Below are positions 47,534-59,861 of a DNA stretch of 64,000 nucleotides, in pieces (the stretch's first letter is position 1; every line of letters begins with the position of its first letter). A program made the position numbers and the translations under genes. The notes below the pieces were generated by a model. It was not told the DNA's origin. It ran no database searches and saw only the letters and a list, made by a program, of their open reading frames with translations. The stretch lies in the NCBI RefSeq assembly GCF_009914755.1, contig NC_060938.1; one strand, 5' to 3'. The DNA is from the human T2T-CHM13v2.0 reference genome, Homo sapiens.

Positions 47534-47713
47534 CATGACCACCAGCCACTCCCAGTCCTCAGCCTTCCCCGTGTGGCACAGGGTGTCTGGCACATGCTCA
47601 GCCCCTCCCCCTAGAGCGTGGCCACAGCCCAGTCCACGTTCTGCTGCTTCCCGCTGCTGATGACTACGTGGGCCCTATCGTGGGCCAGACGCTGGGCAAT
47701 GGCGAAGCCGAAC
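47534..47713 (-). pseudogene. DHRS2-like pseudo-exon 2 (DHRS4 numbering)
   Basis: cccccag|G TTC GGC TTC GCC ATT ... GTC ATG|gtgag. Reads [40 protein letters not shown], then after a +2 shift PDTLCHTGKAEDWEWLVVM (family: GIGFAIARRLA.DGAHVVISSRKQQNVD.AVATLQGEGLSV.G.VCHVGKAEDRE.LV). TAG at 47611-47613; exon is 180 nt. Confidence 0.95.
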
Positions 47714-48852
47714 CTGGGGGCAGAGATGAGGAGGAGGTGACAATTTAGACTAGGACTGAGACTTTTCTTGCTGCATTTCTAGCCCTGAGGCACCAAATGA
47801 ATTCTCTCCACTAACTCAGAGCAGCTAACCTCATGCTGTACTATGGATGGTCAGAGGACCAGAAGAGATAAAGAGGAAATAGGTCAGTCCACAGATGCAT
47901 TGAACCTCCTATGTCCACATCAGATCTTCTTGGCCTCCCCTCCCACTAGAATCCCTACTATGAAAACTCGTTCTCAGTTCCTCAAGGCTTTGGTTTGCTT
48001 TGCAGCTGCAACCAGAGAGCTCCCTGCCTCAGGCATGTGAAACCACTGAGTGCTCACCGGCATGCAGCTTGAAAGTGTGAGGCATTAACCCACATAGGGC
48101 AACTCTTGACTGACGGAGGAATTCTCTCCTCTTCCACTGATAGATGCCTCTGAGATGCATTTCCTGCTTCCTAGAAGACCTTTGAAACCCATCACCCAGT
48201 GGCCTATAGTGGGCCGACTCCATTACACATCCTGCACTGGTTTTGTCTCCTTTTCCAGTTTCCTTTCCTTTTCCTCAATATTTCTCATTAAGATCACCTT
48301 CCCAAAAATCTACTAGCAGTTAAATCTAGTAGGCTTTGCTTTGTGGGGATGAGCCTAAGAAAATGAGGTCAACAAGACCCAAAGATACCCACAGTTCCCA
48401 AATTCCCAAAGAGTTGCTCTCACCTGTTTGTAGATCCTGTGATCATGGCAACTTTGATGGCTAGTTTGAGCCTATAGTTGGCTCCACTGCTGGTGCTTCT
48501 CATGCAGAGTGGAGCCACGGGGGACATGAGGCCGCCCAACCCAGGGTCAGAGGTCTAAGTAAACATGGTGGTTTCTGTTTGATCTTCCTCTTGTTGAACT
48601 CAGTCCAAGGAGGGAGCCTCTAAAAAGGCAATCACAGTTCCAGTAAGCAGTTCTTGTAAGCAATAAGCAGTTTTGGGCTAGAACTGGGTGGGTCTGGGAA
48701 TAGCTCCCGGAAGATCAACCTCGAGCCTGCTCCTTTAGCCTTTCCAGTGATTTTATGAACACAGAATTTCATATGTGAAATCTCTTCTCTTTAAATTAGC
48801 TTGAGTGGCTTCTGTTATCTGGTATCAAATTCTGGCATATGCACACATAGGT

Positions 48853-49311
48853 TTGAGAAAAGAAATAATTTTTATCTGAGGAATACAAATCTTTTTAATT
48901 ATTAGGCCCAGAGAGACATTAAAAGGAGGCCACAATCCCACACCCTACTCCCCTCTTTGAGCTAAGTATTCATCTCTTGACACTGCTTGCTATTGCCACA
49001 AGTAGCTGGAAATTAACTTAATAATGCCACACCAGACACTATAACACACACTCTGTAGTTTATAAATGTGTAGCCAGTCACTAATCAATGTTCTTTGTGT
49101 AAACCAATGAGAATTTCTGACAAACAGTTTTGTAACAGTCCATTTCCTTCCCCATTTTTTGCCTTTAAAAATCCACTTGTAACTTCTGCTAATTGGAGCG
49201 TATATTCAGGGCAACTTGAATCTATGCTCCTGGGTTGCAATCCTCAGGCTTGGCCCACATAAACTCTCTGCTTGTATTAATTTTGCCTCAGCTTCATTCT
49301 CTTAGGTCAAC
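48853..49311 (+). mobile_element. ERV1 (MER4-group, MER57-like) solo LTR
   Basis: TG...CA ends; tttttatctgaggaat...aggcccagagagacattaaaa; ccacataaactctct...ttaggtcaaca. Subfamily uncertain. Confidence 0.6.
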
Positions 49312-49729
49312 ATATCCAATAAATATTTATTCATTGAGAACCACTAGGATAATGAACATCTACTTCACAGGTTTGTTGTGAGAGGCCCAAATAAATTAAG
49401 ATGTGAGAGGGCTTTGTAAACTATCAAGTGCCTAAAGTTCCACAGCTGCTTAAGAGTGATGTGTTTTATCATTTTGTCCTCCATGAGTCTCTAGCCTCAA
49501 GCTTCAAGACACATTTGACTCCCTGCTCCCAGTGCTCTCTGCTCTGCCTGCTTTTCATCCCTCAGCCTCTTCTTCTAGACTTGTCTTCATTTTCAGCACA
49601 TGAGGGGAGTCTTCCTGACACCCCAAAGCTGATTCATTGTCTCCTCCATGTGACCTGATGCCCTCCTGTGCTTACTCCTCACATTCATCTTTCTAACTCT
49701 AAGTGACCGTGTTACATTTGTCACTTCTA

Positions 49730-49805
49730 GCAGGGTGCCCGGCACCTAGCAATGGCTTCATAGGTATTTGTTGAATGAATGAATGAATGAATGAATGAAT
49801 GAATG
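49730..49805 (+). mobile_element. L2 3' end with (GAAT)n tail
   Basis: gtgcccggcacctagcaatggc...tatttgttgaatgaatgaatgaat. Confidence 0.75.
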
Positions 49806-50357
49806 CAGATTTGGCTGCAGTGATGTAATGGTTTCTTAGGGGCCTCACTGGACCTACAGGTCAAATTCCTTAGTTACTGCATGTCAGACCCTTCCCCTGT
49901 GCAGTCAGTGGTGTCAGTTCAGCTCTGGTCTTAAAGCATTTATCGTAAAGTACCCATTCTTGATTTTTAAGTATTCAGGCTTTGGGGGGCATCAGGCATT
50001 GTGTACACTGTGAACTAGTGCTTTCCTGATATTTAGAATACTGAGTCTCTGTTCAAATCTTCACAAATCTGTAGCTATGAACTTATTTACATAAACCCAA
50101 TTCCCTTATTTAAGTACTTCAACCTTAGTAAATCTTAGGTAAATATCATAGCAGATAAATGCTTTTGAAGCAAACTTTAAAGATAAATTCACAATTCTTT
50201 TTTTCTCTGAAATTTGGCTCCTACAATCCCTGCTCATTCATTATGGTTCCCTACCTCCCTTGTAGCCAAGGATTCAAAACAGTGTTGGGTTTCCTTCTCT
50301 TCCTACTCAACATTTTGTTAATGTCACTCCAAACAGTTTATTTTTAAAAGCTAAGCA

Positions 50358-50398
<41 letters not shown>

Positions 50399-50433
50399 TT
50401 CTCTCTCTCTCTCTCTCTCCTTCTCTGCCCCAG

Positions 50434-50496
<63 letters not shown>
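50358..50496. repeat. (CT)n followed by a long pure (TA)n microsatellite
   Basis: Directly visible; about 30 TA units at 50436-50496. Confidence 0.95.
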
Positions 50497-50501
<5 letters not shown>

Positions 50502-52619
50502 GGCAAAATATACAGAATCTATGCATGCCCTAGTCTCTTCATTCATTCAGTGAGCATCTACTGGGAACCTGCTATGGGCTGGGCGGCCAGAATACAAAGA
50601 TGACTCATGATTTTGGTACTCAAAGCACTCACAGCCTGAGCTGGGCCTGCAGAAAAATATGACTATAATACATTGTGGTAGGAGGAACATATGAGTCACA
50701 CAATTTTATGGGAGCACAGGAGAAGGAATGGCGCCTAACTTAACCTTGGGGTGGCAGTGGTTAGATAAATAATCTGGAAAAGGTGACACCTAAGTCAATT
50801 GAGGAAAAGGAGCTTCTAATATTGCATTTGTTTGTTTTTTAGGAGGCATGCTTTTTTAATTAAAAAAGGATATATGTTCATTATAAATTGGTTTTAAAAT
50901 ATTTGTAAAATATTTGTAAAAATGTATAAGAAAGTTGAGGGAAAAGTTGCAAAAGACTCTAAAACAGACCTGACTTTGAAATGGACTCTGGGTATCTTCA
51001 GTGAAAAACTAGGTGTTATCTAGCTACTCTTCTAGGTGACCTGATTCTGTGGGGTCTCTGTATCTTACATTGCCTTTGAGCTATTTACAACTCAAGAGTT
51101 TTAGATAACTAATAAATATTTGCATCTATCCATAGATGCATATAAATTTCATCTGGAGGAGATTCAATTTTCCTTCTACACTGGAGGAAATCAGCTTTGC
51201 ATCTATTAAACAAACTTATTTTACTCTTCCCTTTGTCCTATATATGTGTGGTTCTTTGAATTTACCTTTGAATCAGTTGTAATGGCTTTGTGGTTCCCCT
51301 CATTAATTAATGAGTTTTTTAAATGTTGACACTTGTTCATTTTACATTTGTATGGGAGTCATTATCTTACCTTCTCAAAAATTATCCAACATAAGAAAAA
51401 ATTTGATATTTCACTGTTAACTATTATTATTATTTTGCCATTCTTTAAGTCACCTCTCCAAATAGCCATTGTCATATAATAGCTATGTGTTCAATTTTGC
51501 ATGAATGGGACCACAGTATACATGACTTGTTTTTTTTTAAATTTTTCAGGGCTTATTCTTGAAGGAGAATGGAGTAAGGAGTTTGGAAATATAGAAGGGC
51601 ATACCAAGCAAGGAAGTTAGCACGTGTAAGGGCAAGGGGGAGAAAAACAGCGCAGAGTGAGAGAAACTACCAAGAGTTTGTTATCCTTGGAACAGCAAGT
51701 ATGAGATGGGGAGTGGCTGGAGATGAAGCTATAGAATTGGTCAAGGGCTGGATAGTGGTGGTTATTGCATGCCAAAACAAAAAGCTTAGACTTTACGTAG
51801 AGGGCAAATGGGAGTTACTGAAATTTAATAAGAAATGCAAAGGGGTCAGATATTGATATGGTCAGATTTTTGCCATATAGAGACAACATTAGCATGTGTG
51901 TATATGCAGGTGCACTTATTTGATGTGGCAGCCAGGAGATTCTTGCAGCAAGAGATACTAAGGTCTTGTGCCCATCAGATACTGTCAGGAAATAGATGGC
52001 ATATTTAAATTGGGTAAATTGAAGAGAGTTTCATGAAGGGGCTATTTAAGAGGCAAAGTATGGGGTAACCACAAGAGATAGTGCAGCACTGGAGCCAGGC
52101 ACAGGGAGGTTTTAATACCATCCAGGCCTGAAAGTGCAAGAGGAGGAAGTGAGTTACCCCAACAAGGACAAAAACAGACGGCTGCCTGTCAGGGGCTGTG
52201 ACCTTTGGTTAAGTGTCATAGTAAGCCAGAGACACCCCTGCAGAAGGAAACCATGTGAATAAATACCACAACCGCATTTCCCTCCTTTCCTCTGATCTAT
52301 CGGGTTCTCTATTAGCAAAACCCTTCTGGAAGTGAGATGTCATCCACACAGCTCAGCCTCCAAGAGCATGGAACAGAGTGGAGCATGCGCCTGGAGGGGC
52401 CAGTAGAAGGTATCCAGCCAGGCCCTGAACTAGTCAGAAGTAGTATAGATGCAGAAAATAAGTTAGATTTGGGAAATCTAACTTTATTAGTTAAAATTAT
52501 CAGCCCTTCGTGAGAAATTGGTCACCCTCGGAGCAAAAGGAGCTAAAAACGAGGCCCAGTTTTCCAGCTTGGGCACCTGAGTACTTAAAATGTGAATTTC
52601 ATGTTAGTGCATTATATTG

Positions 52620-53810
<1,191 letters not shown>

Positions 53811-56800
53811 CCTGAGATTAGTGATCATGGAGGCAGATTATGGACGTCATGATGTGACTGGATGAAAGAAACTCTAACTATCTTTCTGGTTAATTCATAT
53901 TGAATCTGAAGAAGTCATTTGAAATTTGATTCATGGCTTTGTCTAATATATCTTGAAAACTTTGGCAGTCACTAAACCCGTGTCACTAGGTGGTTCAGCT
54001 TCATCTTTTCACAGGTGACTTTTCTCCCCTGGCTAATAACACAACCTATGGGTGACTGTTGAGAAGAGCTGAAAAGGATTGCACACATGTAAATACCTGG
54101 AAAAGCTAGTGGCAGCACTGAATGTTGTATATCCATGCTATTATTGCTAATCTCTTGTGGAATTCTCCCCAGCTGTGTTCTTTGATAAGAGCTGAGGTAT
54201 GGAAAGGTGAGGTCCTTAAAGGAAAATTGTCAACACGTCCACTGCCGCATTCTACCATATATCCGAATTCAGAACATCCCAAAGCAGGTTAAGACATTTA
54301 ATTTCTAATACAAGGCTATACTCTTCACCAAATTAAGTAAAAAAGAGAAAGATAACAAGCCATAAGGCATGAGTCATTAAAGGAGACATCTCAGTAACAA
54401 TATTTAGGATGGTCTTACTGTTGGCAGCTTGAAGGTTTCTTCACTCAACACTCCATTTTTACCATAGTAAAAATAAGGATAGGAAAAGAATATGACTCTC
54501 TTCCTTTTTGAGTAGGCCAACTAAAAGGGGAGCTAGCAAAGTGAATTTTACATAAGCAAGAACAGGTGCTTTCTCAGGCAAATCATATTTAGGAAAGACC
54601 ACACATGGAAGTTGAAGATCTGAAAATTTATTTCTTTTTTAAGAAATAATTTTATTGACATACATTTTACATATCATAAAATTTAAGTCTGCAATTCAAT
54701 GATTTTTGTAACTTTACCAAGTTGTGCAACCATCACATTCGGTGAGTTGTAGAACACTTTCATGGCTCCAGTAAAACCCCTCATGCCCTTTACAGTTGAT
54801 CCCTCTTCCTAGCCCCAGGCCCAGACAACCTTTATCTATTTTGTCTCTATAAATTTTATAAATTTGCCTTTCTGAATCTTTCATACTAATGAAGAAATTG
54901 ATTAAAAATATATATATATGGCTACTTACATCTTGGAAAGTCTTTGCATATATACTGTTCTATAACATTCTCTTGCCCAAGGGATGGGACACCTGTCTCA
55001 GGCCTATGGTATTTTTGGAAGAATATCTATTCATATCTCTGTATCTCTATAGATCTATTTATATAAAATATTCAACATACAATCTTCTTACCTTTATGGT
55101 GAGTCCCAGTTGCTTTGTCTAGGGCACAGAAGGAATCCCAGCAACAGGAGTAGCTCAAGATTGGGCAGGTCCTGGGGTGTCTGGGCAGCTGCTGTTCTCT
55201 CTCCTCTCTAAGTCAGGGCATCCTTTCCTTTCTCCTCCCCCTAGGACACACCAGGAGGTCTCCCTGCCCTCTTTCCAGACTTCACTTTGTTGAGTCATCA
55301 AAGCCCCAAACCAGGACCGAGACTCCTTCTGAAAGACACCAAATCACATTCTGTCCATCACGCAGGGCGTCTTTCACAGCTTTGCTTACTGCCACAGTGC
55401 ACGTGGACCTCTATGAGTCACTATGGACTGTGCACATCAGCTCCCAGGAACTCTGGTCCTTTCCTTGCATTTTCTATGTTAACATATGGGCCCACTATCC
55501 ATTCAGTTGTCTAAGCCAGAAACCGCAGTCAGCCAAGATCCTTCTCACTTCTTCCATACCCAATTGTCACCAAGGCCTGCTAATATGATATCTGCTAGCT
55601 TTTAGTTGATCTTCTCCTGATTCCTCAGTCACTGCATTTTGTTGGAGTGGTCATCTGTCTTGCCTGAAGTGTAGCTGTAGCTTCTGTTTTGCTCTTACTT
55701 CGAAACCAAGCTGGAGGAACCTTTCCAAGGTGAAAAGCTGATCAAGTTCATCTCATTGTGGAGATTCAACCATGGCTTTCCATTGGCTTTGATGATAAAA
55801 TGTACATTTCTTGCCTTCCCACACTGGGATTTTGTTGATTTGTTCCTGATTCTTTTCCCTTTGCCTTCACAAGCTCCTTCTACTATAAACATAACAATGT
55901 TCTTGCATTTCATACTTGCATCTTCTCATTCGCTGGATTGTTCTACTCTTCCCTCAGACTCAGCAAAGGCATCCCTTCTTCAGGGAAGCCTTATAAATAC
56001 ATCTACTTGGTTTTACATGGCTGTCTCTCCAAACCAAGTTTCAATGTTTCCCCTGCACCTCTTCCCACTGCCACCAGGCTGACAATATCTTAAGGGCAGA
56101 GTTCGTATTTTATATTTCTCCAGAGTCATTGCACATGATAGATAGCCATTCATTATTTGGAGTTTCTTAGTCTCTTAAAAAATAATCACATCTCTGTCTT
56201 AACATGTGCCTTCTGTAGATGCCTTGAGCCTCCTATGGGGTCACGAGGATTGTGTGTTGGGACCCAGGGAGACACAGTGAAGATTCAGCTGGAGAAAGGG
56301 GTTGTGCAACACAGCTTATGTTTGTTCTCTGTTAAAACCCGGCTCTTTCCTCCTAAGGAGAGTTCTAGAGCAGCTGTTTTTATTACTAATGGGTCCGTGT
56401 TTTGTAGTATGTTCTAAGTACCAAACTAAGGCACATTTGGTGTTTTTATCTTTATGCAAACCCACTGAGGTGGGTGGTGCTATCCCCCCTTGAAACGTAA
56501 GGAAGCAATCAGAGAGAGAGAAGTTAAATAACCTGCCCGGCCTATTATAATTATTATTCCTTAGCACTGAGATTTGTCTTCAAGCCGCATACTCTCAACT
56601 TCTAAGCCATATGTGTTATGAAACGGATAAAATATTGTGAACTAAAAGGCAAATAATTTTGCATCCTGGCCCAACATGCCTATTGAAGTTAGTAGAGTGT
56701 CTAAATGCAGCTATGGGTGGGAAACCAAGTAAACTACGAAACCTCTTGCCCCGTCATGTCTTCAAGTGTGCCTCCCCAGTCTCAGCCTGGGTTGCTCTGA

Positions 56801-56870
56801 ACATATTTTCGTTCCTATCATTTTCCTGGTCTCCATTCCAAACACCTTGGTATAGAATATACCTGTTCTT

Positions 56871-56903
<33 letters not shown>

Positions 56904-57181
56904 AGACGGAGTCTCGCTCTGTCGCCAGGTAGGAGCACAGTAGCGCGATCTTGGCTCAAAGCAACCTCCGCCTCCTAGGTTCAAGCAATTCTCCTGCCTC
57001 AGCCTCCCAAGTAACTGGGACTACAGGCGAGTGCCACCACGCCCAGCTAAGTTTTGTACTTTTAGTAGAGACAGGGTTTCACCATGTTGGCCAGAATTGT
57101 CTGGATCTCTTGACCTCGTGATCCGCCTGCCTCGGCCTCCCAAAGTGCTGGGATTACAGGCATGAGCCACTGCGCCTGGCC
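56871..57181 (-). mobile_element. AluS (Sc/Sg-like)
   Basis: Long T tail; TSD tacctgttcttt. Confidence 0.92.
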
Positions 57182-57809
57182 TTACCTGTTCTTTTTCAAG
57201 TACTACATGTCTAAGACTTGTTAGCAAGATACAGTCTTCCATTGCCAGTTTTGGAGTCAGGCTTAGATGTGTGGAAACAATTAATCCCTCTATACCAGGC
57301 AGTTTCTTTCCAAAGTATGCCTACCTTTATCTGGTTTTCACAAGCTTTAAGTCCGCATATGCTTTTGAAATGAAAAGTGGTTTGCATCCTTGACAAAGTA
57401 ATTGTCATTAGAACCTAGTCTTGCAAATTTGTTTGACTTTTTAACTTTTAAATTCAGAGCAAATAGTAATATGACTCAGGTCTTGAAGCTATAACTCAGT
57501 GTTCTTGCCCCAGGAAAGAACCAGTTGATTCTATCTTCAGGAAGAGAATTTATATACACATACACATTTATATAGTCTACATAGTCTATACATATATATG
57601 CACACACATGCATTATATATGAAAATTTTTTGATAACTGCAAATTGCTGTACGCATAATGGGTATATTACTTTGTTAATTTTGTCATTTTGTATACAGCA
57701 GCTGTCATCCCATTTGCTATATTTAAGAGTTTTATTTTTCTTAAAATTCCTTTCCTTTCCATGGCTTTTAAAGAAGCAACTTTTTTGCTTCTGTTCTCTC
57801 CCCAGTTTA

Positions 57810-58610
57810 CTGTAAAGAGGAAAGGAAAGCATTTCTCTATGACATGCAACACTTTCAGCACTTCTGTGACCAAATGTGTGGGAGTTTTCCTGATACCAAC
57901 CAATTCTCCTACTCTCTGGACACCAACTGGGCATCCTATAATTCAACCGTGACACCAACTACCTGGAGTTGGTGCAGATGCCACAGGTTAAGGGCTCAGT
58001 CCCACAAGACTGCCCCCACTTCAGATGCCAATTTCAAGTAGCGAATCCCCAGGTTACCCACACTTCTATCAGCCTTGGCTACAAATGGAGGGTTCTCACG
58101 ACTCCCTCCTCAGTTTTGATGATTTGCTATGATGGCTCACAGAACTCAGGGGAAGATGTTTACCAGTTTATTATTAAGGATATTATAAAGGACACAGATA
58201 AACAGCCAGATGAAGAGATATATAGAGAGAGCTCTGGAGGGGTCCTGAATACAGAATTTCTGTCCCCATGGAGTTGGAATGCAACCCCCTCCTAGCACAT
58301 AGGATGTGTTCACCAACCTGGATGCTCTCTGAATCCTGTCTTTTAGAGATTTTTTGGGGGGGCTTTGTCACATAAGCATGATCAATTATAAACTCAATCT
58401 CTAGTTCCTCTCCCCTACCTGTTGATGGGGGATGAGAGAGAGTTCCAAGTCTCTAACCATGCCTTGATCTTCCTGGTGACCAGGCTTCATTAAGGAACCC
58501 AGCAAGAGTCACCTCATTAGAACAAAATATGCTCCTAGCACCTTTATCACTTGGGAAATTACAAAGGTTTCACGAGCTCTGTCCAAGTTCTGACCAGGGA
58601 AGATGACCAA
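57810..58610 (-). mobile_element. MER21-like LTR
   Basis: acacc aactgggcatcctataattcaa...ggttaagggctcagtcccacaagactgcccccacttcagatgcc. Confidence 0.7.
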
Positions 58611-59861
58611 AATAATTTTTTATAAGGACTGATATTTTCCTATGGATCTATTTACTGTAGCCAATTTATCAGCCTGCTCTTTTTGTGTGGTCCCCCTACC
58701 CTCCACCCCACAAAGAATAACCCCTCTACTGCAAGTCAGTAATGTAGGTGAGAAGATCTCAGTTTTTCCTTTTAATAAATTCCTACCTGATTTTCAAAAA
58801 ATCTTATCCAAATAGACTTCAAAGTTTTATTTATAGTATAAGACATGCTGATGAGGTATGGGACATGGTATATGATACATGCAAGAGTAGTTATTTCTGC
58901 TATTTAAAGCTAACAAATTTTTTAAGCCAATCTGTCTTGAATATAATCAGGTAGCTCCAAGACTGGATAACCTTTCTTGAAATTAATCTTTCCTTCTTTT
59001 TCATAAATTTAAAAAATTCTTAAGACAAACATAATACATTTCCCTTAAATAACTGTCTTAAACCAAAAGGAATTGAATTTGTGAAAGGTCATCTTGATAG
59101 ATTTATTTAAATAAGTTATAAATTTATTTTAATTAATGTTATTTACTGTATAAAAAATTTTGCCAGTATTGAATAGCAAAGCAATTAATCACAAGCCAAA
59201 GCAATATAAATAAAAATATAGTGTAAGACATCTTATTAAGACTTAGAAAAAAAAGTTTCTCACTGAGTAACATGATCAGACTCAAATAAAGGTCTAGCAG
59301 TTATAAATGTATTATATACATGTATTAATTTCTTGATCTCTTTTATAGGTCCATATGTGCATAGAAAATAATATTTTTGAAGTTAAAAATAAATAATAAA
59401 ATTTATGTCTTTCATCTAAAACTTATGCTTACTTTTCCTCTGTGCAAATACTGAACCCTGAATACTGAATTTGTGATAAGCATACATGAATACTATTTTC
59501 ACCTGAAATGAGATAATATCCCAGTTCTTGATGGTTGTTCAAACAAGAGAAAGCTCACTCCCCTATGTGAAAAGTGGAAAACTGCAGCCAAATGCATATT
59601 TCTTTAGGAGTGGTAGAATACTGTTTCACAGAAATCCAAACTTTTCTTAGGTCAGGTCAGTGATTCTCACGTGATTTACTTCAATTCACAAAGTTCTTCA
59701 TCTTCTTATCAAAGTCAGGTTCCCAGAATGAGCCAAATACTGTATCCAGAGCTAGAGTCAGGATCCTTTACTTGGCCATAAGCTTGTGTGAAAAAGGAGG
59801 AAAATACTATTAAATTGTGTTCTGTAGTTTTCCTACTTGTTTTTTAATAACACTTGAGAAT

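Larger units (their letters stand above)
37621..47713 (-). pseudogene. Unprocessed, partially deleted DHRS2-like (DHRS2/DHRS4 family SDR) pseudogene
   Basis: Five exons in correct order with AG/GT splice sites translate to DHRS2/DHRS4-like peptides. There is an in-frame TAG and two frameshifts; exon 1, exon 5 and most of exon 6 were not found. Confidence 0.93.

Noticed and set aside
47714-49400. Search for DHRS exon 1 or a CpG-island promoter
   Set aside because: No VA(V/L)VTxST-like coding segment or CpG island seen; the region is LTR-derived.
57476-57958. 160-aa ORF, the longest in the window
   Set aside because: Spans a MER21-like LTR and low-complexity TA/CA sequence.
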